From NCBI RefSeq assembly GCF_021869535.1, contig NW_026262581.1:33356001-33420000 (forward strand): DNA of 64,000 nt, given 5' to 3'. Shown one piece after another: positions 26,197 to 37,682 of the stretch (position 1 is its first letter; every line of letters begins with the position of its first letter). Source of the stretch: Mytilus californianus (taxonomy: Eukaryota). The notes beneath the pieces were generated by a model that was not told the origin of the DNA, did not search any database, and saw nothing but the letters and a program-made list of their open reading frames with translations. The translations under genes and the position numbers were made by a program.

Positions 26197-26360
26197 CATA
26201 GGCGGATACAGGGGGTGGGGCTGAGGGGCCCGGCCCCCCCTTTTGTGTGAAAAATTTGGTTGATTATATAGGGAATCACTGAAGCATGACTGGGGCGCCC
26301 CCTCCCCCCTTTAGGTCAGTCAGTGGGCCCCCCTTACAAAAAGTTCTGGATCCGCCACTG
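26197..26360. mobile_element. GC-rich MITE with CA..TG termini and 5-bp TSD (CTGTA)
   Basis: TIR CATAGGCGGATACAG / CTGGATCCGCCACTG, CTGTA on both sides. A related inverted copy lies near 41660-41790. Confidence 0.8.
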
Positions 26361-27717
26361 CTGTAGATGTCATTTGGTTGTGTGTGCGTTAAATCGATGT
26401 TTCGCATTTCATTTTATTCAAACTGATTCTGTTTTATTTTAGAAAAATATGCGTAAGGAGAGGTTACTCTAAAACATCACTATTTGTTATCTGCCAACAA
26501 AATTATCATCAGATAATTCAAACTAAGGTTTTCAGATCAAATAAATAGTATCGTTAGCCTTAAAAGGGGAAACACCCCTTATAAAATAGTTTCCCTTATC
26601 ATGGACGTTTTTTTAATTGTGGAATGATTTGTCTTTTCGTCGATTTTCTTTTGATGCCACGGTTTTGTCAGTCTCTCTTCGATGTATGTACTTTGATTTT
26701 CTCTTTGTATCTTCCGCCTCTACTAGTATTCTGTGGATTATTTAATTTGCGTTATAATAATTGATTAGCGAATATAGGGCTATATTTTGTACCTTTTTTC
26801 AATTTAAAACCAATTCTTTGTTATTTAAATCATAAAGTATGGTTTACTTTTCAAGTTCCTCCCTGTAAACAAATACTAACTTTAATTTTCAATAAATTCA
26901 TCAAGAACTATAATTCTTTTATGATATTTATACATTGTCGGAAAATATGATTTTTTTTTATGTGTACGAGCTTCATAAACAGGACAAAAGCGTGAAAAAT
27001 TGTATATTTCCGACAATGTACATATATTGTTTTTGTCCTGCAATTTACATAAGGCAATTTAAGGTTTAGTTGTTTAATTCTAAATAGTTGTCTCTTATTT
27101 TTTTCAAAGAAATCGACATAGTTAAAAGGCGGACCGCGAAGAGGACCCCAAATTGATCTGTCACACACAAACAATATTCAGATACCGTCTGCTCAATATG
27201 GAAGCGGAATAACAGGAGAATTTATTTGTACAAATACAAATAAAGCAAACAATTATTTGTGTACCTGTTATTTGTGGCCGATAACATGGTAATGCCTTTT
27301 GTGGCATTAATAGCCAGGTACCTGTATGGTTACTTCAAAAAGATTTGGTGGTACATTTTTGTATCTAATTTCCTTCAACATGAAAATTTAACATATAACA
27401 ATAACATTGTGAATTTTTGAAATAGCCATAAAGATTTCATTCTGAGTCTATTTGCAGATAGTTAGGTATTCACAATTTGCCAAAAAAATGTACTTTTGAA
27501 CCATCTTGGTAACAAGTGTGAAGAAATACACCATAATGTTTAAAAAAATCATAAACGCATGCATGCAAGCCTAAAATTGTGATACCTTGAATTTTAGTAA
27601 AGATGGAGAGACCTTTTGAAAGCGACCCTAGATATAGAAAATAGTTATGTTGATCATTAATCAGATAACGAAAATGCAATGGTATTTCAAAACGCAGTGT
27701 AAAATTTATACACATAC

Positions 27718-27808
27718 TTGGTCTGGATCCATAACCTCACGAATTTCAGCATAGTCAACCGAGCCTCTGTGTTCCAAATTATAGGCTGCGTTATCATTTT
27801 CAGCAGTC
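27718..27808 (-). CDS. Orphan receptor, cytoplasmic exon
   Basis: Acceptor tttatatttttag|G, donor CAA|GTATGT; 91 nt, phase 2-0. Encodes TAENDNAAYNLEHRGSVDYAEIREVMDPDQ and exactly reconciles the phases of the flanking exons. Confidence 0.88.
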
Positions 27809-28824
27809 CTAAAAATATAAACAAAATTCTAAAAAGGGGAGATAAACCAAGGGAAAAAACAATGCACAAGTCGAAGAAAAAAACAGTAATCTAAAACACC
27901 ATTGTAAAAAGGAAAAAAAAGCATAGGCAAGCAACAGTTCAAACACTACATATACTACTCAGATTGAGTCACATGAATCCAACCAAAACCTTGGGTCGAA
28001 CGTGAGTGCTCCGGAAGGGTAATCAAACCCACTAGTTACAATCCTCGTATTAATCATATCAAAATCCGTTAATGAAATATATTCCGTGATAAACTCTAGC
28101 TATTTATTGCCTTTTTGTTGAACTTGATGCTTTGAGGGCAGCTATTTGATAGCTATCAATAGTTCGTCTAGTCTAGCAGAGAATATGTTGATGTGATGCT
28201 GTCTCAGTTTATAAACACATGTATATCTCACATACCCCTTTAATTTACTGATTACTTATAGTTTAGAAAATTGTTACCTGTCTCCCGTACGATATACCTA
28301 TAGGTCGATGATGAAAATTATGAAAAGTGGGGACTTAGAGGGATTGGATGTCCTGCTTATAGACTCTTTCATTTTAGATGCTCCAAAACATTTCACGTTA
28401 TTGGCTCATCAATCAGTTGCTGCCAGGTATATTCCAGATAGACGTGTAGAAAAAGAAAAGGTTTGTGCGCACATAGAATTGGATAAACCCCGCATCATTT
28501 TGTGCATGTTCCAAGTCAGGATATATGGACAGTGAGTTAATTGCTCGATTTTGTTTGTCTCTGGGGTTTTTTTTCGGAGCAGTTGGTTTATGTGGTCTGA
28601 TGTACCGTCCAGTATTTTTTGTGATTTCTGCATGTGCTATCTTTTTATAAATTGTCATGTGTATACATAGGCAAATCAGAAAAATATCTGACAGCGTCAG
28701 CGCATACATTTATTACACAACTAAAAAAGGATAAAGTCGAGGTGTCGAGGTTGGATTCTTTTTTTTTTGCTATAGTAGTCTCTTTCTATAATAAAGTATA
28801 TTATTTCGTTTTACCTATAATTTC

Positions 28825-28955
28825 GACCAAATACTTCAAATTTTGAATATTGATATATAATTAACCTTTGACCAAATACTTCAAATGCTGAATATTGAAA
28901 ACCTTTGACCAAATACTTCAAATTTTCAATATTGAAAACCTTTGACCAAATACTT
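28825..28955. repeat. About 37-bp tandem repeat, 3-4 copies
   Basis: GACCAAATACTTCAAATTTTCAATATTGAAAACCTTT units in an intron of the receptor gene. Confidence 0.85.
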
Positions 28956-29072
28956 GAAAACATCATTTGATTATTAGCATCAGTTTTTTTTTGTATAGTT
29001 TGAGATTGGTTTTCGATTGTTACAACATTATAGAACTGAAACCAATATTAACCATTGTGGTTGAATAGTTAC

Positions 29073-29241
29073 CCCTTTCCAATCAGTTTCCTCTTGGACC
29101 TCCAGTAAACGAACAGTAAAGAAAGAATTAATACAACGACGAGTACAGCTCCCACACATCCGCCAATAATGTCACCATTATCATTTCTGGTGTTCTGTTG
29201 AAGAGCTGGAGTTGTACTTTCCCATGTAAAGTCATCTGTAA
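29073..29241 (-). CDS. Orphan receptor, stalk + transmembrane exon
   Basis: TDDFTWESTTPALQQNTRNDNGD-IIGGCVGAVLVVVLILSLLFVYW-RSKRKLIGK: a 23-aa hydrophobic helix followed by a basic stop-transfer. Donor GG|GTAACT, phase 1-2. An alternative acceptor lies 6 nt downstream (start 29235). Confidence 0.9.
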
Positions 29242-30302
29242 CTAAATAACATTGCTGGTCTTTTCAATAATAACACACAGAACAAATTAAAATGTACGGT
29301 CATAGTTCAATTGGTAAGAGCGGGGAACCTCCCCTCCCCACTTTACAAGTCCTTGATCCAACAGCAAAATTAAAGAATCAATTTAAACTTCAAACATACA
29401 TGTACCGATGGGGTTATTTTAGAAATGCGTTTCAAATTTCAGATAGTTTGTGATCACATAAATAGGAAATCCGTGATAACAAATTGGAGAAACCGCTATA
29501 AGAAATGGTAGAATTACGAATGTAAAATCAATAACAATCATGATGAAGATCAATCAACATTTTACATGAAAATTAACAATATATGCATCCATTGGTTTTC
29601 CCGTTTGAATGGTTTTACACTAGTAATTTTTGGGGCCCTTTATAACTTGCTGTTCGGGTGAGCCAAGGCCCCGTGTTGAAGACCGTACTTTGACCTATAA
29701 TGGTTTACTTTTATAAATTTTGACTTGGATGGAGAGTTGTCTCATTGGCACTCATACCACATCTTCTTATATCTATATCCAGAATACAATTAACACAAAC
29801 ACACTAGAAAAACAACGATTAATTCCACCAGCACAAGACTTCTACGTGATCTGGTCTCTGGTGGAGATTTTTCTCATTGGCAATCTTATTTTTATATTGA
29901 TTTATTACATTTGGTACATTTATAAGCGTTCTTAACTCGAAACCTTTTATGGGTTTAAGTCTTATTTTGTTTATGTTGGCACGTTGTGTTGTTTTTCAAA
30001 CACTCTGTTGGTTCTCAGTCATATAAATAATAGTCTCAGAAATATGTTAATTAGAATCTTATATATGACGGAAAGAACACTAATTTCCAAAATATTCCAA
30101 TAATAATCAAAAGTTTATACACAGACAGACGGACAACAAACTACGCTCACACTATTTAATTGGTGAATTGTTTTATTTAAGATTAAGGGTCTGACTCATC
30201 TCTTTTCTAGTTTATGCCCCTTTTCAATATCAATACAGAAAAAGAAATACTAGTAAGTCATGCTTATAAAACAGGAATGTTATATATAACTAAGGAACCT
30301 AC

Positions 30303-30460
30303 CGTAATCATCGTAATCCTCGTAACACGATCCATTGTATGAGTACTTATCTATTATTACTTGTATATGATGTCCGAACGTCTGTTCGAACATTGACTGG
30401 TATTGGTCACAGAATGTGTTTAAATTTTCCGAAATGCATCCCAGTAGATACTTCGTACTC
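30303..30460 (-). CDS. Orphan receptor, Cys-module exon B
   Basis: Acceptor ttcctgtctcttgttag|G, donor G|GTAGGT; 158 nt, phase 2-1. Encodes STKYLLGCISENLNTFCDQYQSMFEQTFGHHIQVIIDKYSYNGSCYEDYDDY. Confidence 0.87.
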
Positions 30461-31497
30461 CTAACAAGAGACAGGAATAACTAAAGCTACATATATAGTT
30501 ACATTTGTAAGCAATTATTCAGGATAAAATAAAGTGAGATATGAGACGCGAAGACATATAATAACAAACCAAAAAAGAAGGTATGGTAAGGCCATTTTAG
30601 TCCATTGAAGTCGGAAATGAAAACATCTTCTAGATCTTTCAAATAATTATTGATTAAGTGCTGCTTGCTTAATGTCCATTGGCAAATATTTCAAACATAT
30701 TCATAACGAGAACTTATAGATTATTAATATATACAGGTACTGTAGGTTCTGCAAGACATGTCGACCAGGATGAAGGCCGGGGAATTTTGATAGATACCGA
30801 TAACGAGGGTAAACTATGTTAGAAAAGGGCACACATTTTGCCTTTCCAACGGATTATGCCTCAGAGAGTTGTTGCAAATGAACCTCTTTAACGTGCACAA
30901 TACGTTGCACTCTAAATTAACGTGGCAGATACTACGTCATATTCCAAGCAGACATGCATCCCACACAGCCAATTGCAAACGGATTCCCGTCCTTAGCAAG
31001 AGTTCTACTTTCGGACGAGATAAGTCCATCAGATGACCATATTCATATATTCAAGTCAGCGCTTGCCTCCTTTATGTATTAGCAAAACACAGGTCTGTAA
31101 GATACTAGTACTGAATAAAATACTAGTATTTTAAAAATTTTATCAGATACTTTACTTGCTATATCGGCATTAAAATTTCTTGAAATATTGGGAAAATAGA
31201 TTTTTAAGCATTAGCCTTACAGGCAGCAATATTTTGGCAGAAAATATCATAAGCTAATTATCGCTATCAAATCTTCCTTCAAAAACTATATTGGTCACAG
31301 ATGTCCCTATCACAGATTTTCATTAAAAATTTGGTCAAAGAAAAGGCGAGAGTTTTTACAAGGAAAAAGGGTTCTTATAAACTTCTTACATAATGACTAC
31401 ATTGCTAAGCACTAACATGTTGACATGAGTAAAATATCGCTAAAAGGTAAGAAGAATTTTACTATTTCATCAAATCACGGGGTCTAATCATGTATAT

Positions 31498-33703
31498 TAC
31501 GGAAGCGTATTAGCGCCACACAATTTTTATTTTATAATTTTCTTCCTATCAGTTTGTGATATAACGCAAACCTTTGCGAAATAACGCAAACCTTTGCGTT
31601 ATAACGCAAACCTTTTGATTTCAATTATTCATTAAGTTTTGTATATACATCTGTATGTCCGTCTGTCATTAAATTTCTGTTGTGATTTAGTTAGGAAAAA
31701 GAACCATAAATACAAGGCAAAGTCATTATAATAAATATGAATTGGAATCAGAAAAGTATATAATTTAACAAGAAAATAAATATGCTATAGGCATATTTTA
31801 TTTGAAAGGCCAACATTTTTAAAATTTTGATTAAGTAGATAAGAGCAAAAGTAATGTTATACAATTGTAAAACTGTCAAGTCAAATAGACAAAATAATCT
31901 TTCTGCTGTAAAATGAATTATCAAGAAAGAATTTTTTTTTTTAATTTTGATGTAAGAAATCGTTTTTTAAAATCTCAGAATATGATAAAGATTCTTTGAT
32001 AAAAAGTCATGAAATTTTCAATTTAGTGTGGTAACTTGGAAGCAATTTAAATGGAGAGAACATAATTTTATTAATAAAACATCTTCATTTTATTCATTAA
32101 TGCAAAAGGGTAGTTAACCAACCTTACACAATCCTCAAACGAGAACTTACTTTGGAAGTGTATTTATATTCGGCTATAGCTATATTAGCAGGGTTGTTTT
32201 TTTTTCTTCGGTGTAACTTTAATTTACTCAATTTTCATTATATTAATATATGTACATGTATTATCATGTATACCATTTTGGGGGCACTTTATAGCTTGAT
32301 GTTCGGTGTGAGCCAATGTTCCGTGTTGAAGACCGTACTTTGACCTATAATGGTTTACTTTTACCAATTATGACTTAGATGGAGAGATTTCTCATCGGCA
32401 CTCATACCGCATCTTCTTATATCTATTATCCTGCTCATTATTAGTTAAATAGTAAAGCATTTTACTTTGCAATGAGTACAAAGAAGATACATTTATATAT
32501 GCAGCCTCCTCCATTAATAACTGCTGCTTCCTTTGAATCTTAAATAAGAAATAAGATAAAACAAATGTTTGCGTTATATCGCAAAGGTTTGCGTTGTAAT
32601 AATAATAATAATAATAATATCTTTATTTAGAGAGAGTAACTTATTTGGATTACACCAATTTTCAATACGGCTCTCTTAATACAATAATAATTACATTAAA
32701 TATAAACAATACATATTCAATAATAATGATAAATAAAGATGTAATACAATTTAAATACAATAAACAATTATTATATATGGCATTACAGTACAAATATCAT
32801 GGTAATGTTAAAAGTGCATAGATTCGTAGTTATGTTTAAATTTTAATACTGTGTTTGATTTTTTAATTGAATTAGGAAGAGCATTCCATACTTTTGGTCC
32901 ATTGTACGAGAAACTTGACTTATACAACTCTGTATTTGGTTTTGGAATTATAAAATTATATGAGGACGAAAATCTCGTATTGTATTTTTAGTTTGCAGAA
33001 GCTGATAAAATAAGACTGGGCATACATTCTGGAGCTAAGCCATGTTTTGCCTTATACATTGGTAATGATTTATGATAATGTATTCTTTGTGTAATCGGCA
33101 CTATGTTACATTCGTTAAATAATTCGCTTGAAGGTTTGGTGTAATCATGTTCGTCTAAAATTATTCTTGCTGCCCTTTTTTGCAGTTTTAGTAAACTATC
33201 TGATAGAAAGTTATTACAGTTTCCCCATATTGAACAACAATAATCTAAGTGAGGTAAAACGTAAGCGTTGTAGAACATTTGTCTAGTTTTGTGATTTAAA
33301 TATTTCTTTATCCTTTTTAGTAAAGCTAAAGAAGAGTTAACTCTTTTTATGATATAATCAATATGAGAAGACTAAGATAGAGATGCATCAACAAAAATAC
33401 CTAGAACCTTTTCACATGTACTTTCTTTAATTTGTTGTCCATTCATAGCAATATTAATGTTTTCATTTGATGGAGCTGAAAGCTTCTGTTTAGAGCCAAA
33501 ACATATAGCCTTCGTTTTAGATACATTTACAGCCATTTTATTATTTTAAAATGTTTGCGTTATTTCGCAAACGTTTGCGTTGTAACGCAAAGGTTTGCGT
33601 TATTTTTGCAAATATTTGCGTTATAACGCAAAAGGTTTGCGTCATAACGCAAACGTAGGAAGAAATATAAAAAAAAGTTGTGTGGCGCTAATACGCTTCC
33701 GTA
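31498..33703. mobile_element. Non-autonomous TIR transposon, TAC..GTA termini, 6-bp TSD (IS3EU-like)
   Basis: TIR TACGGAAGCGTATTAGCGCCACACAA at both ends; GTATAT at 31492-31497 and 33704-33709; subterminal ATAACGCAAACCTTTGCG arrays. Confidence 0.85.
32598..33540 (-). mobile_element. 5'-truncated CR1/L2-type LINE (RT C-terminal part, pseudogenised) with (TTA)n tail
   Basis: KMAVNVSKTKAICFGSKQK...EKVLGIFVDASLS*SSHIDYI...YNAYVLPHLDYCCSIWG...LQKRAARIIL, then after a frameshift KSSFSYNGPKVWNALP. One in-frame stop; (AAT)n on the plus strand at 32598-32618. Confidence 0.92.
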
Positions 33704-33772
33704 GTATATCGTGGCACAATTGAGTCTTTTGTTGTTATACAATTCAGATCCTCATATATAGCTATGACCTAC

Positions 33773-33887
33773 CAACAAATATCATCATCTCTGGTGAGTG
33801 CATTTACATCATGATATATTTCTGGATAAAAAGTCATATCCATACATGTTAACGCCTCCAAACAACACCATGTAGCTGTATATGAGT
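33773..33887 (-). CDS. Orphan receptor, Cys-module exon A
   Basis: Acceptor atttctttattctag|AC, donor TG|GTAGGT; 115 nt, phase 1-2. Encodes SYTATWCCLEALTCMDMTFYPEIYHDVNALTRDDDIC(W). Confidence 0.85.
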
Positions 33888-34371
33888 CTAGAATAAAGAA
33901 ATATAATAATAAAATCCCCCTAATCTTAAAATCACATATGATTTTCACTAGCCAAGACTGCCGAAGAAGATACCCGATTTGTGGATCGTCCATTGATTGT
34001 TGCATTTTGGTCAGAACTTTTTTTTAAATTTGAATAACATATATTAACATAATCCATTCAAAGAGTGTTATTTTCTATTCATTTGTAGAAGTAGTTTAAC
34101 ACATTTTTCTTATCTCTTTATCCATTTAAGTGTGCTTTAATTTGTAAATAGTTTGTCAGTTTATAGATAATAATGTTACAATATGAAGTCAACCAAATTC
34201 AAGTTCAAGATCAACATCAACATTTCAATTAGTTTCTAACTTATTGACTAAGGATGTGATTTGTTCCTTAGAACATTTGATAAAATGTATTAGTCCTATC
34301 GTGCGTTATAAGTTTTGAATAAAAGTAGGAATTTCAAAATATTCAATCTGTTGTCAGTATAAAAATAAGAA

Positions 34372-34720
34372 AACGTGATATGATTGCCAATGAGACAACT
34401 CTCCACAAGAGACCAAATGACTTAGAAATTAACAACTATAGGTCACCATACGGCCTTCAACAATGATTAAAACCTATCCCGCCTAAGTCAACTATAAAAG
34501 GCCCCGAAATTTGCTCATAATAACTCTACTTATCATGCTTATGAAATTCATATTTCAATTTCCTTTAATTTCGGGACCTTTTATAGCTTGCTATGCAGTA
34601 TTGGTTTGCTAATTGTTGAAGGCCGTACGGTAACCTAAAGTTATCAACTTCTACGTTATTTGGTCCCTGATGGAGATGGCTTATTGGCTCTCAAACCACA
34701 CCTTCTTAATTCTATATAGG
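34372..34720. mobile_element. Tail-to-tail pair of the most abundant interspersed element in the window
   Basis: ATGATTGCCAATGAGACAACTCTCCACAAGAGACCAAATGAC...GGTCACCATACGGCCTTCAACAATG...TATAAAAGGCCCCGA followed by its inverted copy. Further copies near 1130-1290, 6590-6670, 7000-7225, 11045-11135, 16040-16350, 24900-25220, 29600-29770, 32270-32430, 50630-50720 and 55890-56030. Confidence 0.85.
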
Positions 34721-35093
34721 AACGAATTTTATAAAAAATCTAATTTGAATTTAGTACAATTTGTAGATTTCATGCAAGTCATAACTCTATCACATTTTAA
34801 AAAGTCAAAAAGAACTTCATCTTCTCACCTCCTGATGAAACATGTACATGCAACCCGACTACAAGACTTTTATATGGTTACGGATGCGTACTGAATTATA
34901 TTATTTTGAAAAATGAACCCTTTGAAGAAGTGATCGACCGGAGAACGAAGACTTTTGGCCACACAAATAATGTTGAACTAAGTCCTTTCTTAAACTTAAA
35001 TATAAGTTAAACGATAAAATTAAGTAAAAAACTTAATGTTGTTGCAAATAATAAAAAAAGTAATTGAAAAAAGATATCTCTTTAAAGTCTTAC

Positions 35094-35187
35094 CGTTATA
35101 AAACCATGCACATGCAACCTCCGAATTAGAAAGAAATTCCAAAGCTTTAATCACGGTTTCGTTACCATACATCTTTTTAAGAATACT
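35094..35187 (-). CDS. Candidate upstream exon of the orphan receptor
   Basis: Strong donor G|GTAAGA in the needed phase 1. Open frame ILKKMYGNETVIKALEFLSNSEVACAWFYN after ctaac...aaaatag, or from an ATG at 35172. No signal peptide, so the 5' end stays unresolved. Confidence 0.45.
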
Positions 35188-36550
35188 ATTTTATAAAATG
35201 TTAGCTTTAATTTCAATTAAAACCATAGCCCAAAACCGACAATAAAAAGATAAAATGATTTAATAAGATTGTATCAAAATTTTTCACTTATCAACGTCAT
35301 AAATCAATTGTTGTTCTGTGCGGTCAAGCGTTACCGTGCTGGTCTGTTGTTTAAAGTGAAATCAAGAAGGCTGTACTTGAATAATATGTATCCTGGTTAA
35401 AATGGACTATTGAGTTTGAATTATATTGATAACGTTTCACGGGATATTTGACTTTTCTTATTTTTGAAAGCTTCGGGCATTTTAAATACTTTTACATGTT
35501 TATTCATACCTTCCGAATTGGTCCATCGCCAAATCCTATACGCGCAGTATAAAAACACCGTTGAAAATTCGTCATTTGATTTGAATTAAAGATAAATAAC
35601 ATTGCAAGGCTCGCAAATCGTACCCATTATTGAGTATGAACAAGTGTATTAAAATGTGCGTTATTGATAGGCTTATTCCTTATTTGTTGTTAAACTTTTA
35701 AAGTTTCCAACAGTCATGTTTAGGTTTGAAGAACCATATCGTTTGATGGTGTCAGCATTGACGTTACAGATTATTTTTTGTTCATATTGGAACTATTTCA
35801 TTATGGAATCAGTGGACAGAGTTTAAAATGGCTTTCCAATTTAACATTAATTTGAGAGGTATTATGCTCAGACAATTTTACGTTTTCTGGAGAAGAAACA
35901 TGAGCAAGATTATATCATTATTACTTGAAAAGATTTTAGTTTCAAAGGTAAAACCAAAAAAAAAAACAAAGGAAAACCGTATTTCAAGTTTGGGTTGAAA
36001 AATGTTCCAGAAGGAAATAATCTATGAGTTTGATTAAGTGATTCAAAATTATGGCTCATACATAGACAATATGAAAGGCAGCTTTTTTAAATTTGCATCT
36101 CATTTATTTTTATTGACAAATTTGATTTAGTAAATGAGGAAACACGTCGCTTTGAAACCGTGACCATTTCTTTTATGATGCAGCTTTGGCACTTGATTAT
36201 GAAACAGTTTGTGTAACTGAATATAGTGGCAACAATAGGACTTGTTCTGACATGTAAATTTGTACAGGTTTTGAGATATTGTCTAAAATCGTAAAAAAAA
36301 GATCGGAAATGTCGGAGAAAACGTAAACAAAAGAAGTATTTCAAATGTAGTCAGATGAGTCATGTACGAGTAAAATGTCATCAAAAGGTGGTAAAAGTCA
36401 ATATTGATGCTCAAAAGTCTGCTGCTTCCGGTAGTATTTATAAGTTTTCAGAAGCGGAAGTTTTGATTTTTTTACGATTAAGAAGGACTGGCATACTGAA
36501 AAATACAATCACTGACCTTACTGCATTTTCTAAAGGTTTTATTTCATTGT

Positions 36551-36552
<2 letters not shown>

Positions 36553-36597
<45 letters not shown>
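36553..36597. repeat. (TG)n microsatellite
   Basis: About 22 TG units. Confidence 0.98.
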
Positions 36598-36603
<6 letters not shown>

Positions 36604-37374
36604 TTGTTATTTGATAACAAATTGTGTTCTCTTCTTTTACGACAACTGAAATGTGCTTCATGTATGAGTATAAACTGTCCCACAAATTATGCTCTTATTT
36701 GGGTTATTTTTATGAATAATACTGCTTTAACGCTTTATCTGTAGGAAGATGTATAGAATATCGAATAGTTATTATAGTTTGAATTGTTTTTTTTTTTTTT
36801 TTTTGGTTCTGACTCATTGGTCTAAAGTTGTAATCTCCAACTTGATATGTTGAGTTTAGTGAGATTATGGAGGTCTGACTGTTAGTGACTTTTGTTAGTG
36901 ATGGTAGAAAGCAATTGTTTGTAATATATTGAAGTTTGGAATGTGTCGTGCTCCTTCAGAACGTAGCACATAGATTGACCCGATCCATCTCAAGTTGAAC
37001 AATGCTTCGTTTCTTTTATAACAACGTTGAAGTCCTAAACCCGATGGTATATGTCAAACGTATCTATACCATCATGAAAACTACACTCAGTCTGGATTAT
37101 ACTCTCGGTATGCACTTAATCTATAACGCTTTGGATGCACCAAATTGACAAAGTGTTATTTTTAGTTTTAAGAAGTTCCCTTCTAAGATTTAAAAAAATA
37201 TTTAACTCTTATGCATTTTAGATGTGAGTTTATGAATTATAGATGATAACAAATATAGATATCGTTAAATTGGACAACAAATTTAAATACATAGTTATCC
37301 TAAAAAACAGAAGAGTTACAAAGTATTATGGAAAAGTTTAAAACCTGGAAAACGTGAGAAACAAACATTTATAA

Positions 37375-37682
37375 GAGGGTCGTAATGGGGATACCTTCAT
37401 GACGAATAACGGTAAAAATTCTTGCCAAATGACGTTAACGGTAATTTTTGGTGCATGACGATAAAATGTACAATTTCTTTTAGACGATAAAAAAATCAAC
37501 TGATTTTGACGAATCACGCTAATTTTTTTCCAAAAATAACGGTAACGATAATAATTTGAGACCTCTGATGAATCACGATAAGTATATTTTGACGAATCAC
37601 GGTAAAAATTTAACCAATTTGACGCTAACGGTAGCCGAAAATGACCGTTTGACGCCTGACGGTAAAGGGCATTACTACCCTC
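37375..37682. mobile_element. MITE with GAGGGT..ACCCTC termini and internal TGACGAATCACG repeats
   Basis: TIR GAGGGT(C/A)GTAATG, TTATAA on both sides; many internal TGACG..ACGGTAA motifs. Confidence 0.8.

Noticed and set aside
36180-36255. Plus-strand candidate exon LALDYETVCVTEYSGNNRTCSD
   Set aside because: Splice sites are plausible, but no phase-compatible neighbouring exons were found.
36355-36744. 129-aa ORF with CVCVCV run
   Set aside because: It is kept open by the (TG)n microsatellite and the rest has no recognisable content.
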